Shown: positions 29,913-39,947, counted from the stretch's first letter. The stretch is DNA of 64,000 nucleotides from Clostridia bacterium (GCA_017478805.1 JAFVCY010000010.1:484-64483), one strand, 5' to 3'. A program made the numbers and translations. The notes: generated by a model from the letters alone, not told the origin.

Positions 29913-31145
29913 TCACCTTACTTGCTGATTTAAGGGATTAGAATTTGTTTCTATATTATTATTAAACCCCAAGCTTTCTATAGAAGGCACCTCATATCTT
30001 ACTACATCATTTTCATCATTCCAAAAAAGTCCAACATTCTTACATCTTTCACTATCTACTAAAATATTAAGCAGTGCTTTTGAGACCTCTTTATCAAACT
30101 GTTGCATGCCATTTTCATCTTTTGAAGAACATCTATGAATTTCATGTATTATCTCTTTCAGTGTTTTAGGACTTTCATAAGTTCTTCCAAGCATAGCATG
30201 CATTGCATCTGCAACAGAAATAATTTTAGAGACTTGACCAATTTGAGTGTCTTTTAGTCCTAAAGGATAGCCTGTACCATCTGGTCTTTCGTGATGTTCT
30301 ACACATGCTTCAATGGCACTATCTAATAATGAGTTTTCACGATTTAAACCTAGTTCTAATGCACCAAGCACAGCATGGTTCTTCATTATCCTATATTCTT
30401 CTTTTGTAAGTCTTGCAGGTTTATTTATAATTTGACTAGGTATATATAACTTACCATAATCATGAAGTAAAGCAGCCAGTTTTATTATTTCTATTTCATC
30501 TTTAGACTTTCCCATTTCAACTCCTATTTCTTCTGCTATTTTAGTTACACTGCTTACATGCTCTAAAGTATATTCATTTCCTGTGCTCCTAAAACTATTA
30601 ATCATCTCATTAACAATATCAAGAGTTGTTTTTTCAGTAGTAGCTATAACCTGCTTTGCTTGACTTTTAGAGTTTGCGCTACCTATAAAATTACCAGTAA
30701 TATTTCTATAATTCCAAGAAAACAAACTTGTTTCAGGGTAACTATCATATAATATTTCCATTGCAAGTTTTGTTTCATTAGAACTATCCTCATCATGAAC
30801 TAAATTAACAAAATCGATTCCAAGCTTCCTATTATGATTATGCTTTATTTGCCTACTATTCAAATTTAAAGCTTTAATTAGCATTTCTCTATACTTTTTA
30901 TTTCTTAACGTTTCAGGAGTAAAAACGAAGGTATCTATATATTTTAACGTAGATAACTGTAAATCAGTTCCTGAGCCATACCTTTCTGCCCCTTCTAAAT
31001 CATCATAATCAATTAGTATAACACAAATAACATTTTTTACTTTTTCATCATTAGTATAAAATGTATTCCTAATCATTTCTGTAAGTATTCTCTTATTTAT
31101 CTTACTATCATCTGGCATACACATTGCCACAACGTATTGCTTCAT
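29913..31145 (-). CDS. HD-GYP domain protein, a putative c-di-GMP phosphodiesterase.
   Basis: It contains HDYGK and HHERPDGTGYP. Confidence 0.8.
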   Translation of the reverse strand: MKQYVVAMCMPDDSKINKRILTEMIRNTFYTNDEKVKNVICVILIDYDDLEGAERYGSGTDLQLSTLKYIDTFVFTPETLRNKKYREMLIKALNLNSRQIKHNHNRKLGIDFVNLVHDEDSSNETKLAMEILYDSYPETSLFSWNYRNITGNFIGSANSKSQAKQVIATTEKTTLDIVNEMINSFRSTGNEYTLEHVSSVTKIAEEIGVEMGKSKDEIEIIKLAALLHDYGKLYIPSQIINKPARLTKEEYRIMKNHAVLGALELGLNRENSLLDSAIEACVEHHERPDGTGYPLGLKDTQIGQVSKIISVADAMHAMLGRTYESPKTLKEIIHEIHRCSSKDENGMQQFDKEVSKALLNILVDSERCKNVGLFWNDENDVVRYEVPSIESLGFNNNIETNSNPLNQQVR

Positions 31146-31184
31146 ATATCACACATCCTTCCAAAAAATTAAAATTCATTATTT

Positions 31185-31895
31185 TTATACATTATTACAA
31201 AAATTTATCTCAATATCAGTCAAATAATCCTTCTTGTTATTCACAAATTCAGTCATATTATTTATTATATCTATATCTTTTTGTTGCTTTGATGTAAGCA
31301 AAGATTTACTCGCTCTCATATTGATATCAGAATTAATTGTATTGAGTCTAGGGATATCTAAATTATGATACGCCTTATACCATTCAGAGCACAAATCATT
31401 TATATACTCTCTTTTTTCTTCAAATACATTTAATTTACTTGAAATCTCATTTGAAAATGTTCTACCATTAATACTATTTTTTATACTATCAACTAAGCTT
31501 GTTAATTCATCACTTAAAATATTATTATTTATATATTTACTATATACAGTCTCTATCCCTGCAGATAGATTCTCTCTAAGACCACCTTTAAATAACGTAT
31601 TTTTCATTTCTGTTAAATCTTCCATTTTCTCTTTGGATATACCAAGTAGCTCCATACCTTCTCTCAAACTACTATTAATTGCTGTTTTTATGACATGTCC
31701 AATATCTTTTGTTTTTATAGCCTCTTTAACATCAGACAAAATGTCTTTTACACTCTCCGGCACAGGTAAGGCTTTAATCGCAAAATTTGCTGTTTTATCA
31801 ATTGCATCACCTATTATTTTTCCAAATACCCCTTTTTCCTTCTCTATATTTTTATCTAGTTGTTTTACTAAATCATTACCAATATTTATTTCCAT
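31185..31895 (-). CDS. Hypothetical soluble protein in the secretion-ATPase operon.
   Basis: It is a 236-aa ORF lying 2 nt downstream of the upstream gene. Confidence 0.45.
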   Translation of the reverse strand: MEINIGNDLVKQLDKNIEKEKGVFGKIIGDAIDKTANFAIKALPVPESVKDILSDVKEAIKTKDIGHVIKTAINSSLREGMELLGISKEKMEDLTEMKNTLFKGGLRENLSAGIETVYSKYINNNILSDELTSLVDSIKNSINGRTFSNEISSKLNVFEEKREYINDLCSEWYKAYHNLDIPRLNTINSDINMRASKSLLTSKQQKDIDIINNMTEFVNNKKDYLTDIEINFCNNV

Positions 31896-31897
31896 AT

Positions 31898-32539
31898 TTA
31901 TTCCTCCATTTTACATATTTTCAAATAAATAACATACATAAAAAAGTATGTAAGAATATTAAAACTAAGAATAGCTTGTCCACCTATAGTATTTAGTATT
32001 ATGTCACTATAATCTTTATTTCTAAGAGCAAAGCCAAATAAAAGTAGAAGGCTTAAACCGATTAAAACAATGAGTATAATTTTGCTACTTAGCAAATTCT
32101 CATTTATTCTTTCCCTTTCTATATTTGTCTTTGACTGTGAATAAGAATACTTTTGTATAACATAGCTAAAACTTCCACCATTTAAGTAGCAATTCTCAAG
32201 TAAAGTTAAAAGTGAAGATACCTCCTCTATATTTATATCCTTTTTCAAATTTTCAAACGCACTATATACATCAAGACCTTTTTCAACACTTAAGTTAAAT
32301 CTCTCAATACTAGCTTTTATTAACGGATGAGGTGTAGATTCTTTAAGCGCATACACAATGTTATTATCTACATCTGTATAATTTTTAAGGCTAAGTACAT
32401 ATGTTGGGAAAAATTTTAATATACTATTTTTTCTTCTTTTTAGTAAATATATAGCAGCATTATACGGAATCATAGCTATGAGTATAGCCATTAAAAATGA
32501 TGGAATAATACTTTTTAGTATTCCGCATGAAAAAAACAT
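31898..32539 (-). CDS. TadB/TadC-like (T2SSF-domain) membrane platform protein.
   Basis: It has an N-terminal TM segment, a cytoplasmic helical domain and two C-terminal TM segments. Confidence 0.5.
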   Translation of the reverse strand: MFFSCGILKSIIPSFLMAILIAMIPYNAAIYLLKRRKNSILKFFPTYVLSLKNYTDVDNNIVYALKESTPHPLIKASIERFNLSVEKGLDVYSAFENLKKDINIEEVSSLLTLLENCYLNGGSFSYVIQKYSYSQSKTNIERERINENLLSSKIILIVLIGLSLLLLFGFALRNKDYSDIILNTIGGQAILSFNILTYFFMYVIYLKICKMEE

Positions 32540-32669
32540 ATGAAAATATAAATACTAAAGAAGAAAAAACTAAGAAAGTAGTCATAGAAAGAAATTTAAA
32601 GTTATAATTTATTGCTACTTCTAAAATTGTATCCTTGAGTGATAAATATCTTTTATTTTCTTTTATCAA
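32460..32669 (-). CDS. Small membrane protein, which may instead be a frameshifted 5' part of the TadB-like gene.
   Basis: It has a single TM segment and overlaps the downstream ORF by 80 nt. Confidence 0.3.
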   Translation of the reverse strand: MIKENKRYLSLKDTILEVAINYNFKFLSMTTFLVFSSLVFIFSYVFFMRNTKKYYSIIFNGYTHSYDSV

Positions 32670-32772
32670 ATTTAGTTTTTCACTTATACTATTTACAGTA
32701 AGCGTTGAATTAATAATTCTAACGCTTGACAGACATATAATAAATTTTAAAATTTCAATTATATATACTATA

Positions 32773-33936
32773 CTAAGTCACCTCCTCTTTATATAAAGTA
32801 TTAAACTTTACTTTAGTTTTCAAAAAATTTACTTCAACTATTTCATTTACCTTAAAATTTTTCATAAAAATAATATAATCTATGCTCTTACATAGCAGTT
32901 TTTGAATAAATTCCTCTTTATACTGCTGAGACAGTGGATCTCTTTTAACTAAAGTTATAAGTCTATCTATTGTATTTTCAGCACAATCCGAGTGAACTGT
33001 TGCATATCCTAAATGCCCTGTTGAAATAGAGTCAAAAAATACAGAAGCCTCTTTTCCCTTTAGCTCACCAATTATAATTGCATCATTAGAAGATACCAAA
33101 GAATGTCTAGTTAAAGTATCAAGACCAATATCTTCTGCCATACCTCTTGACAGCATAACTTCTCTTTGAATCACATTTTTATCAGGAATATTAAGTTCAG
33201 CAGTCTCTTCATTAGTAGATATAGCTAGTGTATTTGGAAGCTTCTGTATTAAAGCTTTAAGAAGGGTAGTTTTTCCACTTCCACCTTTGCCAGAAATAAC
33301 TATGTTTTTTTCCGAATTTACAGCATCTAGAAGTAATTTATACACATCATCATTTAACATACTATACTCATCTTTAAGTACCTCTAATGTTTTAATTATT
33401 TCATTCCTATGCACTCTAATTACTAGGCTTGGACTTGAGACATTTACTGGTGCAATTCCTGCTTCAATCCTTAGATTATTTTTTCTATCACTAAAAACAA
33501 GTAGAGGTCTATCATAATTTATAATTTTCCCATTTTTTAAAGCGACATATCTTATATACTCAGTAAACTCCTCATCATTTTTAAATGAAATATCCTCTTT
33601 AACCCACTTTCCTTTTATTTTTACATACACACTATTATATGCAACAACTCGTATATCACTTACATCTTCATTTTCTATATACCTTTGTAGCAAACCATAA
33701 CCAAAAATCCTATTTAATACTTCTGTACTTATTTTTTCAATTTCCTCATCACTTGTTAAACTATAACTATCATAAAGATAACTCCTAATTTTATTTTTTA
33801 GTGCCACAATATCTTCACTTACAAGCAGATTCATAAAATTATCAACTAAATATTTTTGAAGACTTGCAACATCAACAGTATTTTCACTATTTTTTGAATG
33901 TACATTTTCTTGATAATTAAATGGGTCTATAATCAT
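32773..33936 (-). CDS. CpaF/TadA-family secretion ATPase (VirB11 superfamily).
   Basis: It contains the Walker A motif ISGKGGSGKTTLLKAL, plus GELKG and TVHS boxes. Confidence 0.8.
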   Translation of the reverse strand: MIIDPFNYQENVHSKNSENTVDVASLQKYLVDNFMNLLVSEDIVALKNKIRSYLYDSYSLTSDEEIEKISTEVLNRIFGYGLLQRYIENEDVSDIRVVAYNSVYVKIKGKWVKEDISFKNDEEFTEYIRYVALKNGKIINYDRPLLVFSDRKNNLRIEAGIAPVNVSSPSLVIRVHRNEIIKTLEVLKDEYSMLNDDVYKLLLDAVNSEKNIVISGKGGSGKTTLLKALIQKLPNTLAISTNEETAELNIPDKNVIQREVMLSRGMAEDIGLDTLTRHSLVSSNDAIIIGELKGKEASVFFDSISTGHLGYATVHSDCAENTIDRLITLVKRDPLSQQYKEEFIQKLLCKSIDYIIFMKNFKVNEIVEVNFLKTKVKFNTLYKEEVT

Positions 33937-35117
33937 AACTGCCTTCTTTCAAGAAGCATAGATACAAAATTCTTACTTTTATTTTTTATCTCCACTACTC
34001 CTAAATCTTGATATACTAAATTCTTATCTAGTCCATAATCCATATGGAAATTAACACCGTTTACAAAGCCTTCAACATTGCTATTATAGCTTACATAGTC
34101 TATAATCTTATAATCTGAGAAAAACGATTCAATCTGATATTTATCCAGCGAATTTTTTTGCATTTTATTAATAACTATAACAATATTTGATTTTGAAATA
34201 CCCCAAAGTTTAGTCATTAAATCCAAATATTTTCCAGCTTGTCTTATACTAATATAATTTGGGTTAACTACAAAATATATTTTACTTGCAACTGATAAAG
34301 AATACTGTACAGCATCAATAAAAGGACTTGCTGGCAAATCTACAATCAAGCTATCGTACCTATTGCTAAGTGCAGCATATATCTTTTCATAGTAAAAAGA
34401 ATTTAATTTATTCTGGCACTCGTATATAGATGAGTTATTTGTTATATACGATACTTCATTTTCACAAACGCCTCCTACTCTTGAATCTAAAATATCATTT
34501 ATATCTATTCCTTTATCAATATCTTCAACTATGTTACTTAAAACGTTTCCTATACCATTTAAGTTATTATATATGTCAATAGCTGGATTTTGAAGGTCCA
34601 TGTCCACCATAGCAACCTTCATTCCAATATCTTTAGAAAGAATTCTTGCAAGATTTGACGCTATATACGATTTTCCACTACCACTTGTTCCATAGACCGC
34701 AATAAAATGCTTTGGAAGAACCCTACTTATATTTGACATTTCACTTTTTTGAAAAACTACCTTATTTTCTTCTTCTATACACTCAGTAATCCTCTTTATA
34801 TCAATTCTATCTCCTTCTATAATATTAAAAATATTATTTGCATATAGGAACTTCCTATATGGCTCATCTAATTTTTCTGTCAGTAAAATCACTTTACACT
34901 TTTCATTTGCTAGTCTTATTTGTTTTATATATATTTCTTTTGACATATCTCCATCTAAGGTATCTTTTGTTATTACAATATCTTCATCTTCAGAATTATT
35001 ACTTATATACTCTATCGCCTTCTCCATACTTGTTATATCATTTTCATACACATCATCTAAATATTTATCTTTAAGTAACCCTAAAACTCTTTTATTATTT
35101 ATTGCAAGTATTATCAT
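33933..35117 (-). CDS. TadZ/CpaE-like protein with a pseudo-receiver N-domain and a MinD/ParA-type ATPase.
   Basis: It contains AVYGTSGSGKSYIASNLA...VAMVDMDLQNP. Confidence 0.65.
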   Translation of the reverse strand: MIILAINNKRVLGLLKDKYLDDVYENDITSMEKAIEYISNNSEDEDIVITKDTLDGDMSKEIYIKQIRLANEKCKVILLTEKLDEPYRKFLYANNIFNIIEGDRIDIKRITECIEEENKVVFQKSEMSNISRVLPKHFIAVYGTSGSGKSYIASNLARILSKDIGMKVAMVDMDLQNPAIDIYNNLNGIGNVLSNIVEDIDKGIDINDILDSRVGGVCENEVSYITNNSSIYECQNKLNSFYYEKIYAALSNRYDSLIVDLPASPFIDAVQYSLSVASKIYFVVNPNYISIRQAGKYLDLMTKLWGISKSNIVIVINKMQKNSLDKYQIESFFSDYKIIDYVSYNSNVEGFVNGVNFHMDYGLDKNLVYQDLGVVEIKNKSKNFVSMLLERRQL

Positions 35118-36666
35118 CTTCTTTTCCTCCTTCTATATATTTTTTTTCATATTCATTTGCTTCAATCTTAAGACCTAAACATGAATTATTTAAATACATA
35201 TTCATTTCTCCTTTATTTAATGTACTCATTTGTCTATAATCCTCTTCATTGATAATCCCAATATTTCTTAATATTTCTGTTTCTTGATACTCAACTTTGA
35301 AAAAAAGTTTAATATATGAGTTATTGAATATACTTTTTCCAAATCCTGCACCATCTTTTGAAAAGAAATCAGAAATGTCTTGAGTAATGGTAACTATTCC
35401 TGCATTTCTTTTTCTCACTGTTTTGTACAAATCAAATATCTTTTCTGAAAGTGCTTCACTTGTATATATAAGTTTCCACACTTCATCTATGTATATAAGG
35501 CTCTTATCATTTATACTAAGGTTATTTTTTATATACTCAAGTATAATCTCACATACTCCAGACTTCTCATTTGCATTTACCTGTGAAATATTAAAAACCA
35601 CAATATCTGAGTCTAACCCTAAATTTGTTATACCATTTAAGAAGCTAAAGCTGGCTTCAAACTTATTTTTTAGTTTCTTTACTATAGCATCTCTTTCCTT
35701 CTTTTTAAGACTCGTATTTGCAGATATGTTATTTATAACATCAGATATAGTAGGGAACTTAGATTTATCTTTAATTTTTTTACTTAAAAAAGTGTCATCT
35801 ATTTCATAAATACTTGTTATATCATCAGTTATTCTTAAAATCATATATTCTTCTTTAATCGCCTCTTTTATCACATTAATTTCTTCTTTCAAATCGCATA
35901 AATTAACTATTAATTCTGAAACTTTATTAATTTTTTCCTTCAGATAATTATTTTTTAGTTCATACTTAAATATTTGCAAAATGTTAATTTTATCTTTTGT
36001 TACATCAAAAATAGTTCCAGGCATAGACAAATATTCTGCTTCTTGGTCAATTACATATTGCTTAATACTTTTTAAATAGTTTCTAAGTATCATTAGTTTA
36101 GTAAAATATGATTTTCCACTACCACTTGAACCAAATATACACATATTAGAATTTAAATGAAGATTACTAAACATATCTAATATGCATATCTCACTACTAT
36201 TCTTTATTTTTCCAAAAAGTATTCCTCCACTTTCAAGTATAGCCTTGGTATAAAACGGAAAGAGCATCTTTATATTTTCTGTTGTCATATTTACGTAGTA
36301 ATTTGGCATAAGCTTTGAAGATGAATCATTAAATGGAATTATTGATTTATAGCCTAGTAAATGCCTAAAATTTAGTGTATTAATATTTAGCATTTTTGTG
36401 ATTATTTCAGCTTTAAACCTTTCTGATATACTAAATAATTTTTCCTTATCTTTTGAGAAAATACTCACATATGTATATACCTTATATACTTCCTGATTAT
36501 TTATTTGCATATCATATCTAAGTTGTTTAGCATCTTCTTTTGCCTTGTTTATTACATCAAGCTGAATACTTCCCTTCACGCTATCTTTGTAATCTACTTC
36601 ATTTTTAGAAATACTTACACTTAATTTTTTTAGTATATCCATAGAATTTTGCTTACTAAAATGCAT
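35095..36666 (-). CDS. VirB4/TrbE-like ATPase domain protein of the FtsK-HerA superfamily.
   Basis: It has the Walker A motif IFGSSGSGKSYFTKLM and a DE(A/V)W Walker B (LIYIDEVWKL). Confidence 0.6.
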   Translation of the reverse strand: MHFSKQNSMDILKKLSVSISKNEVDYKDSVKGSIQLDVINKAKEDAKQLRYDMQINNQEVYKVYTYVSIFSKDKEKLFSISERFKAEIITKMLNINTLNFRHLLGYKSIIPFNDSSSKLMPNYYVNMTTENIKMLFPFYTKAILESGGILFGKIKNSSEICILDMFSNLHLNSNMCIFGSSGSGKSYFTKLMILRNYLKSIKQYVIDQEAEYLSMPGTIFDVTKDKINILQIFKYELKNNYLKEKINKVSELIVNLCDLKEEINVIKEAIKEEYMILRITDDITSIYEIDDTFLSKKIKDKSKFPTISDVINNISANTSLKKKERDAIVKKLKNKFEASFSFLNGITNLGLDSDIVVFNISQVNANEKSGVCEIILEYIKNNLSINDKSLIYIDEVWKLIYTSEALSEKIFDLYKTVRKRNAGIVTITQDISDFFSKDGAGFGKSIFNNSYIKLFFKVEYQETEILRNIGIINEEDYRQMSTLNKGEMNMYLNNSCLGLKIEANEYEKKYIEGGKEDDNTCNK

Positions 36667-36827
36667 ACTTACACTGTATTCAATATCTTTTGGAAAAAAC
36701 TCCCTAAAACTAAAACTTTCAACTTCCTTTGGATAGCCATATATTATATATGTAATTAAATATGTATCGTTTATTTTTAAATACTTAAAATTACTACTAT
36801 CAATTATATCTGGACAAATATTATTAA

Positions 36828-37337
36828 CTATATAAATTCAACTCCCTTCATTAAATAATTAGAAATATTTTCTATGCCGACAATTTTTTCACATTTCATA
36901 TTAATTTCATCTAAAATTTTTAAATAGTTTTCCACATTTTTCACATAAGTAGTTGTTGAAATTACAAGTAGATATTCTATAGCATATATTTTTGAATAAT
37001 TAAAAAGATTCTTTAAGTTTTTCATATACTCATCTATCATTTCCTTTTTTACTTCATCTTTACCTTCTTTTGATATTTCAAAATAATCCTCTACATTAAT
37101 CTCTTTATTTTTCATAATAATTTGGAAGTCTAAATTCATAAGTCTTAAAAATTGTTCATATTTACTGATTATCTCATAAATCCTTTTATCATTTTTATCA
37201 ATAATAAGCACAGGATTAATTCTAAAAAAATATACATACTTTTTTATTCCTGATATATTTACTATAGCAGCATCTTCTAATATCTCACTTACATCATATA
37301 TTTCTGATATATCTAAATACTTTTTTATTTTCATCAC
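36828..37337 (-). CDS. Hypothetical protein. It may be the detached N-domain of the VirB4-like ATPase.
   Basis: It is the first gene of the operon and has an ...FRINPVLIIDKNDKRIYEIISKYEQFLRLMNLDFQIIMK pattern reminiscent of Gram-positive VirB4 N-termini. Confidence 0.3.
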   Translation of the reverse strand: MMKIKKYLDISEIYDVSEILEDAAIVNISGIKKYVYFFRINPVLIIDKNDKRIYEIISKYEQFLRLMNLDFQIIMKNKEINVEDYFEISKEGKDEVKKEMIDEYMKNLKNLFNYSKIYAIEYLLVISTTTYVKNVENYLKILDEINMKCEKIVGIENISNYLMKGVEFI

Positions 37338-37404
37338 TTCCTTTCTGTAACATATATAAACTAATCGTCATATAATTTAGTATAATAATTTTAGGAGGTA
37401 AGTT

Positions 37405-37569
37405 ATGGGAAACAATATCATGGGGTCAAAACTTTTAGAACTTTTATCTGGTATAGATAAAAATAAATTAGAAGAAGCTAGTAGAGTGCTAAATAGTATG
37501 TCTAAAGATGATTTAAATAGTATCGTTTCAATGCTTAAAAATGGCTCTAATAATCAAAATGGAAAGTGA
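37405..37569 (+). CDS. Small hydrophilic protein of 54 aa.
   Basis: A strong AGGAGG RBS precedes the ATG. Confidence 0.4.
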   Translation: MGNNIMGSKLLELLSGIDKNKLEEASRVLNSMSKDDLNSIVSMLKNGSNNQNGK

Positions 37570-37967
37570 TTTATATGGAAAATGAAACTAATGCGCTTTA
37601 TGACATAATTCAAAGTTTATCTCAAAATTTATCTACAAACACTGATAATTTAAAAACTGAATATGTAGAACAAACGAATAAAAATACATCTCAAGATTTA
37701 AATATATTAGATATTTTAAATAATTTAGGGATAACAAATAGCAGTAGTGAAAATACACCAAAAGATACGTCAAATACATTTGACATTTCTACTATTGTTA
37801 AAATGCAAAAATTGCTATCTGCTTTTAACTCTGAAGATCCAAGGAAAAATCTACTTATGGGTATAAAACCATTTCTAAGGTCGTCAAGACAAAATAAAAT
37901 TAATGAATACATAGCATATTTTTCTGTAATTTCAGCACTGGGAATATTTGGTAATAATAAGGGGTGA
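37566..37967 (+). CDS. Hypothetical protein.
   Basis: It is translationally coupled to the upstream gene through a GTGA overlap. Confidence 0.4.
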   Translation: MIYMENETNALYDIIQSLSQNLSTNTDNLKTEYVEQTNKNTSQDLNILDILNNLGITNSSSENTPKDTSNTFDISTIVKMQKLLSAFNSEDPRKNLLMGIKPFLRSSRQNKINEYIAYFSVISALGIFGNNKG

Positions 37968-37972
37968 GGTAA

Positions 37973-38302
37973 ATGGATGAAGAAACTAAAATTAATGATT
38001 CCCAAAATTCTAGTTCTTTACCTCCAAATCAAAATAGAACATATGATGAAGAAAATAACAGTTCCAAACTACTACATCCAGAATTTTCTATTGATACTTT
38101 AAATAGTAAAAGTATAAACATTTTGGGATTTGATTTATACTTTGATGACATTATAATACTTGCTCTTATACTTTTCCTACTACAAGAAGAAAAAAAGGAT
38201 TATCTATTAATCGGTGTTCTTGGGCTCATGTTCTTTGACTTTTCTATAGACAAATTATCAAGTTTTGAACCCTTAAAAAAATTACTTGGTAATATCACCT
38301 AA
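37973..38302 (+). CDS. Hypothetical membrane protein.
   Basis: It has a GAGGT RBS and a C-terminal TM region. Confidence 0.4.
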   Translation: MDEETKINDSQNSSSLPPNQNRTYDEENNSSKLLHPEFSIDTLNSKSINILGFDLYFDDIIILALILFLLQEEKKDYLLIGVLGLMFFDFSIDKLSSFEPLKKLLGNIT

Positions 38303-38437
38303 TTCATAAATAGAATAATATTCCATTATTTTCTTATCAATTCTTACACTCATATCATATACTTCTTCTTTACTTGCACCTTTTTCTATTAAAAGGTCAA
38401 GTTTTCTTTTTAATTCTTCTATCTCTTTTTCTATCAC
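38282..38437 (-). CDS. Spo0E-family aspartyl-phosphate phosphatase-like protein of 51 aa with a GTG start.
   Basis: The product is VIEKEIEELKRKLDLLIEKGASKEEVYDMSVRIDKKIMEYYSIYELGDITK, a Spo0E-like helical hairpin. An AGGAGG motif lies upstream. Confidence 0.5.
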   Translation of the reverse strand: MIEKEIEELKRKLDLLIEKGASKEEVYDMSVRIDKKIMEYYSIYELGDITK

Positions 38438-38495
38438 CCGTCATATACCTCCTCACAAATATGATAACAGTTTCAAACCCATATGTCAATATTTC

Positions 38496-38525
38496 TTGTC
38501 AAACTTTCGGTCGCAAGTTTCGACA
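38496..38525. promoter_or_regulatory. 0A-box-like cluster (tgtcaaa ... ttcgaca) upstream of the Spo0E-like gene.
   Basis: The sequence reads tgtcaaactttcggtcgcaagtttcgaca. Confidence 0.3.
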
Positions 38526-38644
38526 AATTTTGACTTTTTTTAAGCTAGTGTATGGTTTTCGTTACTTCTATTATAGCTAAATATATGAATTTTATGCAAA
38601 ATATAGCATTCAAACAAAAAAATAAGATGAAAATAACTTTCACC

Positions 38645-39097
38645 CTATTTTACAAATAATTTATTAAGTTCATCTTTAAACTCATTTATATCCTTGAACT
38701 GTCTATAAACAGATGCAAACCTTACATATGCAATTTCGTCTAAATCTTTTAGTTTTTCCATAACCATCTCACCTAATTTATTAGATTCAATCTCTCTAAT
38801 CAAGTTATTATGAAGTTCAAGTTCTATTTCATCTACAATATTTTCTGCTTGTTCTAAAGATATTGGTCTTTTCTCGCATGACCTAAGGATACCGTTTAAT
38901 ATCTTATCTCTATCAAACTGTTCATGCATTCCGTTTCTTTTTATAACCATAATAGGTGTAAATTCAATTTTTTCATAAGTTGTAAATCTAAAACCGCATT
39001 TCAAACACTCTCTACGCCTTCTAATTGAATTTCCTTCCTCAATACTTCTTGAATCAGTAACCTTACTTTCTTCATGTCCACAATTAATACAATGCAT
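38645..39097 (-). CDS. nrdR: Transcriptional repressor NrdR.
   Basis: It has the zinc ribbon [17 protein letters not shown]...[17 protein letters not shown] and an ATP-cone. Confidence 0.9.
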   Translation of the reverse strand: MHCINCGHEESKVTDSRSIEEGNSIRRRRECLKCGFRFTTYEKIEFTPIMVIKRNGMHEQFDRDKILNGILRSCEKRPISLEQAENIVDEIELELHNNLIREIESNKLGEMVMEKLKDLDEIAYVRFASVYRQFKDINEFKDELNKLFVK

Positions 39098-39106
39098 AAC
39101 TACCTC

Positions 39107-39613
39107 CTAAAAATTATGAAGTATAATCTTACCTTCTTTTAAGCTATTTTTACACTCTATTGCTCTCTGATTTGAACTTCCTCTAAAATCTAAAAATGGA
39201 TCTTTAAGCCTTTCTTCAAATCTTCCATCTATAAGTACATCTATTTTAGATAAAAGCTCCATATATCCATTTTCCTCATTTGAATTGTTTACTAAATACT
39301 CATACGTATATCCAGTATATGCCATTACAGTAAGCTTTTTATCTAACTTTGAAACCAGCTCTGATAAAACTTTAGTTTGCTCAAAAGGCTCTCCTCCACT
39401 TAAAGTTATTCCTTTAAGTATAGGATCTCTTTTTATTTCATTTAAGAAAAAATCTATATCGATAAGTTTTCCACCGTTATAATCATGCGTTTGTGGATTA
39501 TGACAACCTTTGCAATGATGTGGGCAACCTTGCGTAAATATAACGTATCTAAATCCAGGGCCGTCAACAATCGATTCTTTGACGACCCCAGCAATCCTAA
39601 GCATTGTAGCCAT
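39107..39613 (-). CDS. nrdG: Anaerobic ribonucleotide reductase activating protein (radical SAM).
   Basis: It contains GCPHHCKGCHNPQTH. Confidence 0.85.
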   Translation of the reverse strand: MATMLRIAGVVKESIVDGPGFRYVIFTQGCPHHCKGCHNPQTHDYNGGKLIDIDFFLNEIKRDPILKGITLSGGEPFEQTKVLSELVSKLDKKLTVMAYTGYTYEYLVNNSNEENGYMELLSKIDVLIDGRFEERLKDPFLDFRGSSNQRAIECKNSLKEGKIILHNF

Positions 39614-39633
39614 ATAATTTGATTCTCCTTTTA

Positions 39634-39921
39634 TTATAATGATTCAGCACTTGTGCAAAGTGAGTGTTTTACTCTATCTTCTACTTCTGCTCTTTTTGCA
39701 TTATTAAATCTATCTACAGTTCCTACTAAATAACCAGTAATTCTTCTTATTCTTTCAAAAGGAACATCCTCACCAAATGAATATGACATATCAACATAAT
39801 CATTATCAACTGTAAGTGTTAAGTTCTCAATTTGTTTATCTGGAAATTTACTTTCCAAATACTCAACATATCCTTTTATCTCTTCTTCACCAAGTGTTCC
39901 ATTTAAAACCTCTATTCTCAT
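39634..39921 (-). CDS. Hypothetical small protein between nrdD and nrdG.
   Basis: It is a 95-aa ORF. Confidence 0.45.
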   Translation of the reverse strand: MRIEVLNGTLGEEEIKGYVEYLESKFPDKQIENLTLTVDNDYVDMSYSFGEDVPFERIRRITGYLVGTVDRFNNAKRAEVEDRVKHSLCTSAESL

Positions 39922-39947
39922 AATAATAACCTCCTTAAAATAATTTA

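Noticed and set aside
32460-32669. Calling the 69-aa ORF plus 31898-32539 a frameshifted single tadB.
   Set aside because: TadB/C proteins can consist of one N-terminal TM, a T2SSF domain and two C-terminal TMs, which the 213-aa ORF alone satisfies. The frameshift is possible but unproven, so I kept the two as separate features.
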